Origin: Pecten maximus
Taxonomy: Eukaryota
Reading direction: 5' to 3'
Length of the DNA: 64,000 nt
Assembly: GCF_902652985.1 (NCBI RefSeq)
Contig: NC_047024.1
Coordinates: forward strand, 21,452,001-21,516,000
Part shown: piece by piece, positions 25,526 to 39,154 of the stretch
How the letters are laid out: each line of letters begins with the position of its first letter
Position numbering within the stretch: position 1 is the stretch's first letter
Position numbers and translations under genes: made by a program
Notes under the pieces: generated by a model
The model's database searches: none
Told to the model about the DNA's origin: nothing
Seen by the model: only the letters and a program-made list of their open reading frames with translations

Positions 25526-26661
25526 GTGTCTCTTACTGCGATGCACTATCTTGTAGGATTATGAGAGTTGTATTAATGACATGTTACATCATCAATCTCT
25601 ATGATGATTTTAAGTATGTATGTTATATGTATGTTTTCTTTGTTGTATTGTGTTTTTCTGATGATAAAAATCATAATTCATACTTTTCTGTCGGTAACCT
25701 CATCACTAAACCTAACCAAGTACATGTATTGTAATTTTAACTACAAGGCGACGAAATGGTTTTGTTTTTCGTCTTTCACTTTTTCATAGAAAACATTTTA
25801 TTGAAAAAGGATCTGATGGTTAAAACGCATGTTAAATGTATTTTCAAATCATATGGAATGAAAATATCAAATATTGTCTCGTTTTCGGAGATAACAAAAT
25901 TATTGCGTTTGTTCTGTCAACAGCATTGTCTGATAAAAGCGTTCTTCATAAAGTATGTATTCTTCATATCACCGTCATAAACCATTAAAACTATGGTATA
26001 TATTTTTCGTTGTTTGTTTGTTTGTTAAGAGTTTATTAGGTAACCTCCCTTGACTACACATATGAAGCCATTTTCTTACCTGTCCTCAGTTTCAGAAATA
26101 AAACACGCATAACCGTGTATGGTAAAAATATTTATTACAAAATAAATAACTTTTGACAAATCGTAATAAATATAACATTAACAAAATCAACAACTTCAAA
26201 ATGGATTAAATACATTTAAACGAACCCGCAAATGATGACTTTAAAACATATTTTGTATATTTTCAAGCCATTTACTACAGCTATAACCATATTAAGTCAT
26301 AAACATCCCCACGTGAGTAAAATAATAAATCAAAATGATAAACTCCATACATGATGCAGATTACATTATAAGAATGTGTTGTAGCAGGCGTCAAGTATCT
26401 GGACAGTCCGCCAATGCCGTGCTAAGTATGGTACTCTCGTGAAAAACAAGTTTCCAAAAGTATCCTTAAGTAATTTAGGTGCATATCTACATTGAAACTG
26501 AGAGCCATGTAGATTAGATCGTTAGCTTCCTTGAGCACGTGTGTTTTTACAATCACGTGATACACCGTCACTTAGCTGGATGAATCCGGAAGTGACGTTG
26601 TTAAGACCGTCCATAACGGTGCAGCTGCCTTTGAAAGGGATCACGTCACTCTTTCAAGTGG

Positions 26662-29600
26662 TCAATCGACTTCTACTGCCCAGTCGCTCGGGCACTCTCC
26701 ATACTGCAAAAAAAAAAAAAAAAAAACCCATTATAACCAAGTACACAGCTTAGTAAATTAGCAGATAACTTTAAAGACATCCATTTAATAATTGGTGAAA
26801 ACCTCAAATCTAAAAAACATAAATATATCGTTTTCTTATCTACGTATTTTTCTTGCTTTCTGCAACTTCCAGTAAATTTTGAGATTTCGTTTCTTTATAT
26901 CTGTGGCCTATCTAGAGACTATAAATAGGTCTCTGCCGTAATGTGTAAATAATTACAACTTACCTGTATGGCGGTCAGTTGTCCGAACAACCTTGTGGCC
27001 TGCTTCTGTTGGTTGGACACAGTATACCACTGGTCACAGTACTTGATTTTTCCGACTGGACAGATGGACACCGCCGTACCTGACCCGAACATCTCTATTA
27101 CCTGAAACGGAGACGACCGAGGTTTGTTATAAAAATAAATGGAACCATGTCATATAATGGAAACATATACAGTATCATATCATCAAGGGAGAATCCGGAA
27201 TCTGTCTTTTTTGTATGTTAGTGTACTGTATTACGTAGCTTGTGTTGGTTCATAACCAGAATTTGCTTTTTAAGTTTGGTTGGAAGAAGTATAATGAAAA
27301 AACTGTAAGCCTCTCTATCATTTACTACAATGTACTATATGATGGAGAATTATCTGGCATTTCAGAAAGTTTTTCTCAGTTTTGCAATATTTTGTATACA
27401 TTGTATATTCAAAGGAGTTTGCTCTCGTTTTTATTTGAACGCCTATCAATTCGTCATTTTCTTGTATTTTTTCGGAAATATCCGAAACGACCTCCAAAAT
27501 TTAGGTGGCTTGTAAGTTAAATACTTACTCGATTTTCCTCTATTCCTTTCACCAATTCCGCCATAGTAACTGATCGCTCTGTCACCTTAAATTCACCCTG
27601 TCAACAGAAGAAATCAATTATTAAAGGTTAAACGCTCAATTCAGGCAGGTTTGACTGTAATGTAAAACCTATTGTATATTGCTGACAAATAACCAGTACT
27701 AACTTATGCTCTACCACAGGGCCTTGACACGAATTCTCAACCCGCGGTCTATATATATATATATAGGTATAATATGTAGCATGGACCGTTCTTTTGGAAT
27801 TTGTGTCAAGCTCCTGTGTGCTGCATAAGGAACCTGTCTATTACGATTGGTTGTATATCGGTATGCTATCACATACATACGGGCATTAGTTACGGTGCTT
27901 GCCCATTGGTTAACTAGATCTATATTTTTTCACTCACACATACGGGCACTACACGAGGTACTCACCCATTGGTTCGCTAAGTCAAGCACAGATTGACGAG
28001 TGACTCCCGGTAATATTATTCCATTCAGGGGCGCTGTAACTAGCTCCTTCTCTATAAATAGAAACATAGTTCAAAATTAGCCACCGCTAATCAACACCCA
28101 ATCAGATTAAGCAATCAAGCCAAACTCTGATACAACCGAAATCTGAATCAATTTTGCGCGCAAATAAACAAAAACAACAAGTATTAAAGATGTATTTATC
28201 AACAGCGAATTTTGCTATATATGACTATTAGTGCAGATATTTTAATTAAATTTTGGTAATTTGGCTTCTGATATTAGCATAAATTTCAAGGGTTAACGTA
28301 CCAATAATGGTACCTGATTCGTTAACGTTTCATAACATCTGAATACTCCTTAACTTCACACCGAAATTATGGAGAGAAAAAAAAAAAAAAAAAAACAACA
28401 ACAAGAAACAAAAAAAAAATAACAAAACTCTTAGTCATTCAAGTCTTGTCGACAGAGACTGGACTTACCTCCATCGGTGTTTATCCAGTAAAGGAATAGG
28501 TTCATCGTTCCTGCCTCCGTGATTTCCTGTTCATCCCCGTGTAACCATAGCACCTGTTGGCAACCCGCTTGTAGCGCCGCCTTCTGGATGTTTATAGTCG
28601 GGGCGTAGTTTCTAAGATATTAATGATATACAAGTTTTTAATTCAATATTTGTATGATACACGCATAAAAAGTCCGCCTGAAGAAGCCTGAGAGAGCAGG
28701 AAGGCCTAGCGGCATACGTTAACCTTTGCAAGGACACACACACATTTATAGGAATTTTAAGGTTCGAACACCGGAAATTTCCACTGCAAGATCTCGGCCA
28801 TTTCCGCCAAAATTCGGAATCAAACATCCTTGACGGAACTGGCCGAGATGTTACGATTGGCTCTTCAGTTGAACTCTTTATAAACATTTATTTATTCACA
28901 GTAAATAAATGAACTAAGTCGCCTTATACTTACGCTCCCATCTTGTACATGCCTGAGCCCCCAGGCCAAGCTCTGACGTATTTTGGGTCCGCCAAGAGGG
29001 AAACTGGCTTCATTCCCGTCTTAAAATAAGGGCCAACTGGCCCAGCGATGACGTAGAGCAGGCATGAGGCTGGTCTATCTATTCCTAAGGCCGGCTGTAA
29101 CACAGATAATAAACAAATGAAAATTCTAAATCGACAAAATGATTATTTCCGATATTCATTGCTACTATAACTGAAGTTGAAATTACACACGTTGTTAAAA
29201 CACATACCTCTGTACCAATCATAGTTGGTCGCAGGTAGGCGGAGTAGGGCATATCTGGTGTAGCCCTCGGGACCCAAGACTTGTCCAAGCTCAACAGTTT
29301 CATCACACAGCCAAGAAGCTCCTCGGGGTCAAATGTCTGTCAAATATCACAAAAACTGTTAAAAACGCTTTTGGGAAAGTACATGTAATTAAAAATTAGC
29401 TTATCTCTTTTCCGGATTTTCAAAAGTTTTGACAATAAAACCTACAGACATTCAGAGACTTATATCTGTGATATTTAAATCTCTGAGGCAGTTTCTTGGA
29501 AACACACTTAGAATTAAGTCAGTTATCTCGCTAGTTCTGATATGTTCTTGTACTTGAAATTCTAGCCTATCGAGAAGTGCCACCATTTTAAACCGGAAGT

Positions 29601-32073
29601 CATGACCTTCCGGCAGAAATTATCATTTTATCATTATTTCTAGTTAGCATAGACCTGACAGTTTACTCACCGGAAGCCCTGCCCTCTCGGCAGATTTGAC
29701 CATTCTTTCCATATTGTTCATTGGCCGGAAAAGCCTAACCTTATCATCGTAACCACGGAATGCCTTCATTCCTTCAAATACCTAAGTGAAACAAAGAAAT
29801 CATAATGAATGAAAATTTTATAAAATTTTCATCATTTTGTACACCAAAATATTGTTTCCTAAAAAGTTTTACCAAATAAAATCACGAACTTATTTCAATT
29901 TAGTAGAAATAATTTTTTTTTTATCTGTTGTGCGTTCAATACCTTACATGATGTAAAAGAGCTAGTTTGTTTAATTAGGAAAATTGATTAAGCAATGGCT
30001 CAGTATTTAGATAATTAACGCATGTGTCCAATGCGTTTGGTCATGATGCAATATCTCCCATAATGCATTGCGGTCCCCAATCATTATTGTTTCCAAGAGA
30101 GCATTGCGTCAGCTAATACTTGCGCGAGACACCCCGAGGATATTGAACAATTAGCTTATGCAAGTAACCTTCGAAAAATTGGTCATCTGTTATTGGTTGG
30201 CATTTGACTTATATTACATTACACAAGCTGATACCCACAGCATTATTTGGCTGGATCTGGTTCCGTTTGTTCCCTCTTACTTTACCTGTGTGCAGTACTG
30301 GAGCGTTTTGGCTGCCGGATGTAACGAAAGATTCTTTAGTGGAGATATTACTGGTGTTGACCACTGACCCTCCCATTCTACGGTCAGCATGTGGTCTGAA
30401 AAGGTGGTGCCGAAGCTGAGGGTGTCCTTGCTGGGTTTGGCCTGAGGCCGGTGGGTTCGGTACACCATCGTGTCATTGGCCTGTACGGTCAAAAATAGAC
30501 ATCTGTCAGTATGATGATGTGCGTGATACGGCATATCTTACAGTTACATCTTACAGTTACATGACTCATGGAAACATTATATATAATGCAAAGCAATATC
30601 GTACGTAATATCTCGGTCCTGCATGAGTACTGGTTGAGTACTTGCGTAAGATGTGATCTAATTATTATGCGAGGTTTATTTGGGTAGCCATCAGCTACTA
30701 CACGTACAAGGATACCACGCCTCAAATAACCCCGACTATTCACGGATGATAAATCAAGAAATCAAACAACCTTTTTTTAGCTGTCGGATGTTGCTCATTG
30801 CATCTAAAACTAAATCTGATTTAATCTAATCCTATAAGAACTCTTTACTTGATCCTGAATATATTCTATAAAAGTCCCAATATCTTATAAACGTATTATT
30901 CAATAACATAATATAGTTTTGATATGAGCATATAATACACGGTTGTTTATGTGCCTGTTTGTTTACAAAATGTTTGAATTGGAAACTGAAAAAATTCCAT
31001 TGAAAATCACAAGCCCGTTTTCATAGCCGAGTCACGATCGAGCCTCGAGCCGGATATAATTTAAGTGTCTGTACTTAAAATCGGAGAGTGATAGGGCTTA
31101 ATATATATACACAAATGTGTGTGTGTGCTTTTTCTCTTTTGGCAAATGTTAGATTTATCACTTAATTTGGATTGCATACATACAAAACTATCGCTATGTT
31201 CAAGGAAGTATGACTGATCCGACAGGTACATCCGTGTTATCGTGAACTGGTGTTGATAGTTAAACAGATCCTTGTTTTCCTGTGTGCTTTGATGAAGGAA
31301 CAAATAATGTATACTTTATAATAACACCTATTGTTACATTATTTTATTGCGATGTTTTTTTCACGCATCAGTTAATTGAGTTTTCTTCGGGTAGTTCTAA
31401 TCGTAACGAAGCTCATATTTTGTATTCTATTTTGTCAAAGGAAACTAGGAAATTAAAATGCATCATTAAGGCAGTTCTTTAAAATGACTTTTGTTTTCAG
31501 AGATATGAACAATTATGAGAATTCTTTAAATGTTTCACCCATTATCATCTACAGCTATTTCCTTACTCACATGTTAAATGTAACTTGATGTACTCGCGGA
31601 GAAAAATCTTATTGTAAAAAAGAATGCGTTAGTATATGTATATAGGCCATAGGGTTGATGGCATATTGTATAACTGATTTATTTTCATTAAAATACAATG
31701 TATATGTTGAAGTAACGCATTGTATAATAAAATGATTGTATTAAAAAAATCCCCAAAACAAAACAACAGAAATACAATTTGAAGTTATATAATTGTCTAT
31801 CGATATATATATATGCATTTTGTATCTCAAATGCTATATTAACGTATTGGTCGCAAAACGTAGCAATTAATATAAGATGAGGCATTACAAGAAAGATCTA
31901 GACGGTATAGGTATGTTATTGTAAAATAAACAAACTCTTACTTGGAATGACCGCCCGTCTGGTATTTCGTCATCCTGGCTTGGTTTTGTTTGTGTTCCAA
32001 CACAGCGAGAAACAGATGAAAAATGGTTAAGTTTCCGCACTGAAACTAAAAGTGATTTTCGAACTGTGTCCAT
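26662..32073 (-). CDS. BCAT: Branched-chain amino acid aminotransferase, mitochondrial-type, 10 exons, 401 aa
   Basis: Exons 32073-31942, 30480-30286, 29781-29671, 29336-29208, 29094-28934, 28611-28469, 28051-27966, 27597-27529, 27101-26964, 26703-26662. All GT-AG; total 1206 nt. Class IV PLP motifs [33 protein letters not shown] (PLP lysine), EAGTMN, ILPGVTR, FGSGTA. Basic/Ser-rich N-terminus resembles a mitochondrial presequence. Confidence 0.95.
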
Positions 32074-32249
32074 AATTAACTTATTTTCCACCTTTTATGT
32101 AACTTTACAACCTTAAAAGTAACTCGACTACCTTTCAAGTATAACTTTTATGGTGTAATTGAAAATACGAAAGTTCTGCGCTTGTTTACAAATAGACCGC
32201 ATGGGGAAGCTTTTATACCCGTGTTTCATAATCACTTTGTGTCGAGCGC

Positions 32250-32310
32250 TTTCATTGGATAAAAGCTCATGCGTCACTGACACACCTCCAGACAAATATC
32301 ACGTGACCTG
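32250..32310 (-). promoter_or_regulatory. Candidate BCAT proximal promoter motifs
   Basis: CCAAT on the minus strand (attgg, ~32255), TGCGTCA (~32270) and E-box TCACGTGAC (~32299-32307), about 200 bp upstream of the ATG. Motif-level evidence only. Confidence 0.35.
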
Positions 32311-32978
32311 ACACACCCCCTACAGATGTTGACCCGTATAAGACAAGGCGATTACGAAATTCCTTTCAGCGTGCCTATGATTGAGTTACAAACTTTTCCA
32401 TTCATTATCAATATCGACTGGTATGTGTACAGTGTACACAGACGTCACACATGCGTGTGCTCCCTACAAGCTTAGCAGCTTATGTATGTGTATATATATA
32501 TACACAGTAAACATTCCCATGTGACTTGGAATGATACTACAAGGTAATTCATTATGGCAAGCCAAAGTGGAAAAAAATCCCTATTTATGGATATCCATAA
32601 TTCATTTCAAATATCCATAATTCATTTTTAAACATCCATAAATGATTTATGGATATCCATAATTCGACTCATTTATGGATATCCATAAATATTTATATTT
32701 CCACTTAATTCAGACTCAATGAACCTACCACATACATTTGTCATTCTAAAAGTAGGGGACTATATTTTTTAATTCCTTTTCAAAAGTGTTCATATTTATA
32801 TGAAATAAATTCCATTAAAAATAATATTTGTTTTAATTCGTTATTAAAACCATATGTAGACGAAGAGTGATGACATTTCGGTAAGTTCCGTGGTAGACTT
32901 GCACAAGTCCCTATTTGTTAAAGGACAAAATATTATACAAAAATATAAAATATATAGATATATAAATATAAAGTAAAA

Positions 32979-33104
32979 GATTGAATAAAGTTATGTTGAG
33001 GTGTATGGGGGTATAAACCTCAATAGGTCTTGAGACAAATTTTATGAACTGCGAACCTATTGGGGTTTATACCCCCATACACCTCAAAATAACTTTATTC
33101 AATC
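32979..33104. mobile_element. Hairpin MITE with ~50-bp arms
   Basis: gattgaataaagttatgttgaggtgtatgggggtataaacc / ggtttatacccccatacacctcaaaataactttattcaatc. Confidence 0.75.
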
Positions 33105-35012
33105 CTTAATGATTTATGGATATTTAAAAATGAATAAATCGAACCACTGCCAGCAGGGTAGACAACTCTTGATTATCTCTATCGGAACGTTAACTACTCT
33201 GACTTGATAAAGTTAGTTTATTACTGTCGATTTGTGTTTTTGTTTCGGTATTTTTAATCGAGATTTGAAATTGAGTAATATGCATATTGTATGAAAGGCA
33301 CTTTAAATGGACCTAGATTGATGAAATCTCCTGTCCTTTCTATTTCGTAGTAGAATCTACCTGTCGTAATTGTAGGTATTTTTACTTGAATTTTACTAGT
33401 TTTGTAGATCTACATAAATTATGAACAAACTTTTTGCAACGAATATGTGACATATTACGTACATAGAAATATGAGCAGAGAACTGTCAGATAAAGGTAAT
33501 TTTTGTTTCATTATTTGAACCACATATTGTGTGCCATGTTGTGTTCTCTAATAAAGAACTTGCATACTTCAGGACGTGTGTTGTTGTTTATTCAATCACG
33601 GCCGTTCGAAACACATGATAGAGTAGGCAAGACTAACCGATAAACATGATAGCACGTTACTACTAATCGATAAAAACGACATGCCACTCACTCAGCACGA
33701 AGGGAAACCGTTATTATACATATTGGTCTCCATATACATGTATATGCCATAAATAATCGAGTAAAACATACAAGATATGATACACAAGTTCTTTCTAGGT
33801 TACATGATCTACCAAGAACAACAATTACTAAGTATCTATATACGCTTCTATATACTCCATCATCCAAGTAACCCTTGAATAGATTTTAAAATAAAACGTT
33901 GTGATCTTGCTAGCATTGAAATTCAACTTTTTGGTAGACACCACAATTCACACCCATAAAGTGCCGAAACTTAAACTTTTGATTTAATTATTTTACCGAT
34001 AGATAGAGGATTTACGTTTAAGTTGAGCTCCACTTTTAGTTAAGTTCATGATACCACTTTTAAATTCATTACAAACACGTACTGTGCGTTAAATACTATT
34101 AAAATTATAATTTAACATAATACCAATTTGTTTTATATGGGAGAAGATGCTCGAAAATTTCTATTTTGTGTAAAGCGCCACAGTTTACTATACAATTCAC
34201 ATATCTCGAGTACATTCTGTAAGCTTTTGTGCTGTGTACTAAGCAGACACATGTCATCAACTTGTGTTGGTACATTAATTTTAAATCGACAATATGTGCA
34301 TATAATTTCAATATTTTTCAACACTATCTATAAACTTGTTATGGATACAATGTACATTTTAGCACAAAACGCACTCCCTTGTAATCCCTCTCCCTATACG
34401 GATCCATCTTGAATTAAAAATCATTAAATACAACACTACTTGTTATATCCGTATATATAGTTTTTAAAATATGCCATGACTTTAAAGTAATACCGATATA
34501 TCATTAAGTTTGTACAGTAAACCAGCATGCCATACAGTATCAAATGCCTTGTTAACGTTGCTGTCTAAGAAGTCTACATAAACATCTTCATCTCTTTTCA
34601 AATCAAAATTTATACATTCATGTAAATTAAAAGAAGTTAACTAAGTACTTAATCCTTTTTGATCTGTTGATTGCTGTTTATATGGAAAATTATTACATTT
34701 AAGAACTGATTCTAGTCTTCTAGCTAAAATCATTTCAAAGACTAAGAAATGTTTTGTTGCTCACTTACAATGAGATTTACATAGAGTTCCAAAGAATAAC
34801 ATTACAGTTTAAAGATATTCTTTCGTTAAGAAAATAGAAATACATGTATGCTAAAATTAATTTACTGTACGTCATGAAATGAAATAAAGCATGACTAATG
34901 ATCAATGGATGAATGTAAGATTTTATATCTGATAAAAAGGTTTTTCTTATTCAATTCATTTCTATTTTGATCCACATCAATATTGTAAATACTTAAGTGG
35001 ATTAACATATAA

Positions 35013-35763
35013 CAGTAGCGTAGGAAGCGGGGCGGGTGGGACAGGGCCCCCTCCCACTTTTGACAGTGGAGGGCAAACAGATCTTTTTGCCCCCCCCCCC
35101 CCCCCCCCCTTCACCCACTTTTTGACATCCAAAATCTAAAAAAAAAAAAGGAAAAAAAAAAAAAACAACGAATTTTTATAAACATTTCGATAAATATCTG
35201 TAAATTTTCGAACCGAAAATGTTTTCTTGAAGGCAATAAAAACTTAATCTTGTACATCCGGAACATTCCGACTTTTATACTAGTATATCAATTCTCAGAC
35301 CTGTGTGTCGGTCGTCTGCACTTGCCTGGTAAGTCAATATTTATATCTTAATACGAAATTTTGCTTAACTTCAGCACATAGATTCGATAAGTTGATTATA
35401 ATTTGTGAAGTTGATTGATTTCATAATGAGAACAAGACAGAAACACAACACGGATAAGAATGCGCGGTTTTAACGTGAATAGAGTAAATAATAATTACCG
35501 ACAGATACGAATGATGGAAACACCGTACAACATGAAACGGCACTGGCATCTGTTGTCGACAAATTAGCAGCATATAGGGTTCGCTTTAGATACACATTCT
35601 ATCAGATTCCAAAAGTTAAAAACCTGTCAATTATTAAGGAAAAATAATAAGTTTTTAAAGTGAATTGTTCTACCTTTTCTAGGTAAATTTTCCCTATTTT
35701 CGGAGGTGGATTTTTTTATATCCTTAAAAACGGAAAAAAAATTCGGCTCGCGCCTACGGTATG
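35013..35763. mobile_element. hAT-like non-autonomous element remnant
   Basis: Starts CAGTAGCGTAGG followed by G/C runs; possible degenerate right end CCTACGGTATG; no TSD. Confidence 0.35.
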
Positions 35764-36925
35764 AAAGGCCGTTCATGTCAAAAACGAGATACATTTAACG
35801 CGTTAGCATTTAACGCGTTAAAACACATTTAACGCGTTAAATGTAGTTATCATTTAACGCGTTAAAGACCGTTTCATCACGTTCATAATAATTTTAACGC
35901 GTTAAACTTTATCAGATTAACCAATCAGTTGCACCCTTGCATATCAGCATTCGGGTGAAAGTTCTTCAGGGAAGCGGGAAAATATGGAGGCTTCGAGGAG
36001 AGAGGTTCGGGCAGTAGTACAAGAATGCCTTGGGGCTGTGCCAAGACAATCCCTCAGTCCCGTCAGCGATATTGTCAGTGGGCATGTATAAATTATTTGA
36101 CAATGATTATTTGTCCAAAAAATGAAAAGTCAACGTATGACTACTACGTGTGAATCCCGATGTCGGCGTTGGGTTTGTTTTGGTCTGCAGATGTTTTTTT
36201 TATTATTATTTCAAACAGTTTAATGACAGAATATTACAGTACGCGTTGACAGAATATCAACACGTCAAAGAGAACGTTGATATCTCTGAAAACCGATTTA
36301 AACAGAGACCGTATCAAAATAATCAATTTGTGCAATGAATTTAACAATTTTTTTTCTCTGTCACTGTGAGCACTTCATTCTTTTGGTCATTTGTGTATTC
36401 ATGAAGGTCTGTAAGATACATTGTTGTACATTACTGTAACTGGTACATTCTGATGACGTCACATCGTGTACTGACGTTCCGAGTTGTGTCTGCACTCACC
36501 GACTAGACACGGAGGTGGCATTTGTTCAGTGATTTGGTAGTTTTGTCATCTTTGAACATTGATGAAATAATAGAGAACATCTCACAATATACCATGTTAT
36601 AAATGCAGTTTACAGAAAACGAGATGTAGAGAGACTGTATTTATCACTCCAACATCAGCCTAGAATCTACTACAAGTAGAACCTACTTGTCGATAGTTCG
36701 TCTATCTGGTCGGCTGCCATTGCAACATTGATGACAGTAAATATTCCTACAACTGGTAAATATAAACACACGATTAGAATCTAAATATAAAAGTAATAGC
36801 TGACGGTATAGTCAATTCTCTCCAGAAGATATATGAAACAGGGAATTCGATTGGTCTGTTATTTTAGTCATTTTAACGCGTTAAAACAAAAGCTACGACT
36901 TTTAACACGTTAAACGAATGAAACT
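35764..36925. mobile_element. Non-autonomous DNA transposon remnant with subterminal TTAACGCGTTA palindromes
   Basis: Five copies at 35795-35905 and two at 36873-36913; Harbinger-like start (ggccgttcat). Confidence 0.45.
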
Positions 36926-38225
36926 TTATACTTTATACTTTATACTTAAGATCCACCCAATTACCGACAAGATATACAATACAAATTTAACTGTCAATCA
37001 TACATCCAGACTTGTATACAACTCAATTAAGAGTCAGCTACATAAACACACAATCATACATATACTCAGACAGACAGTTACACTTTAGATCTACACAATT
37101 ACAGACAAGATTGCAAACACTCGCTCAAACATACACATAGAACCGACAGACTCAATGACATATAAACATATTCAGTTTCACACTTAAACTCATATATACG
37201 TATGTTCTGTAATTGCTGATGTCGTTTTGCTCTCTTTTTTGGCATCATAGTGCTTACTTATTGTTCATTCATATTGTATTCTTATTAAAACAAGCTTTCA
37301 AAAAATATTTTAGAATTTTCAATATTAAATATTCAATATTCAATATTAAAGTTATTTCAAATTATTTTGAATAATTAATTTCACGTCGATCTGAAAATGA
37401 AATCTTTGGTTAATATTTAAAAAATTACGTCAAAATGCGAAAAAATTGACCCCCAAGAATAAATTTAAAAATCTATTTTTTCTATAATGTAGAATATCAA
37501 AAATTCAAAAACACATTTCAAAACATATTTTTTGAAAATATTTAAAGCATCAAATCAAAACATTATTTGATAGACCAATTAAACACATCACCGTTCCAGC
37601 CGCCAAGGTCTTTTGCTCCTTTCCGGATCTGAAAAAGTATTAATCTAAAGAGTGTTGTTTGGAAATATGTAATACAGTATCGTTTTACTAAATAATTGTT
37701 TAGTAAAATCAAATCAATATTGTCGCACAAATGATTTTCTAACCAATTCTGAAAAAATTTTGTTTTATGATTTTATTTTATTCGATTTGCATATATTTTT
37801 AGATATTGGTATTATATCAATTTAATTTTGGTTTTATATTTAATTTTTATATTTTTTTTTCGCTTATTTTGAACTTTATATTTGGTTTAATTTTTAATCT
37901 ATTTTTTTTTCATACTGATATATTTTTTAAAAATTGTTTAATTGTTGTTCACTTCAAATTTAATTTTTTTTAGACATTTTAAATCTAGTTAATTTCTTAT
38001 TTCTATTTTTTTTTATTAACCTTATTCTGTTTATTTCTTTTTAAATTTTTATCGGTATTATTTTATTTAGTTTTTAATAAGATGATTATTGTTAATTTTA
38101 ATTAACTTTAATGAAACGTGGGCAAATACATGACATAACTTACTATGTTCATCAGCCGTAGTTCAATCAGCTGCTGGTCCTAAAAAAGAACAGAAAAAAT
38201 ACATCTGAAAATAATCTGCCCTCCA

Positions 38226-38996
38226 ATATCTCCGTTGTGGTCCAATGGGCGGCTGGTCCTTCCGGGATCTGTAATGTATTGATCTGAGAAGCATTAGAAT
38301 TTGAAATTATTGAAAGATCGTATCGTTTTACCAAATCGTTTCGGTAAAATCGGCGATACTTTATATACACCGCCGCGATAAAATCGAAAGATACTTTTGG
38401 ACAGATTTGTATCACCAGGCCGCGTCACTGATGTCACAAGGCACTATCACTTGTATCAAAAGATACTGTTTGTAGGGAAAGGGAAGCAAATGTACAGAAA
38501 CATCATTCAAACTTGGTGCATTCTTAACCACTCGTTAAGGTTTGAATGTAGCCTTGTAAGAACTTGAATCTGACAAATAATCTGCCCTTCAATCTTACAA
38601 CAGCAAAAAGACAGTCAAAAATCATTAACTAGACTGGTCGGAAATACCTGACCGGATATCCGTCGGCCATATCTCCGTTGTGGTCCAATGGGCGGCTGGT
38701 CCTTCCGGGATCTGCAATGTATTGATCTAAAAAGCATTAGAATTTGAAATTATTGAAAGATCGTATCGTTTTACCAAATCGTTTCGGTAAAATCGGCGAT
38801 ACTTTATATACACCGCCGCGATAAAATCGAAAGATACTTTTGGACAGATTTGTATCACCAGGCCGCGTCACTGATGTCACAAGGCACTATCACTTGTATC
38901 AAAAGATACTGTTTGTAGGGAAAGGGAAGAAAATGTACAGAAACATCATTCAAACTTGGTGCATTCTTAACCACTCGTTAAGGTTTGAATGTAGCC
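38226..38996. repeat. 328-bp near-identical direct duplication (38226-38553 and 38669-38996)
   Basis: Direct comparison shows only a few substitutions. Confidence 0.9.
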
Positions 38997-38999
38997 AAG

Positions 39000-39154
39000 T
39001 AGATGAGTAAATTATTGTATTACAATCGCATGCTTAATTCTAAAAAAAAATATCGTACCTCGGCCTTATAAATACTTAGTATTTATAAGGCCGAGGTACG
39101 ATAATTTTTTTAGAAATTAAGCATGCGATTGTAATACAATAATTTACTAGTCTA
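39000..39154. mobile_element. 155-bp near-perfect palindrome (collapsed MITE)
   Basis: Arms pair across the centre ...ataaatact-t-agtatttat... with essentially no spacer. Confidence 0.8.

Noticed and set aside
23813-25734. Cys/His-rich repeat ORFs (DVLHCQTTRGVCIY) resembling a metal-binding protein
   Set aside because: The 42-bp unit is open in two frames by chance, 2-bp indels swap frames, and there is no unique N- or C-terminal domain.
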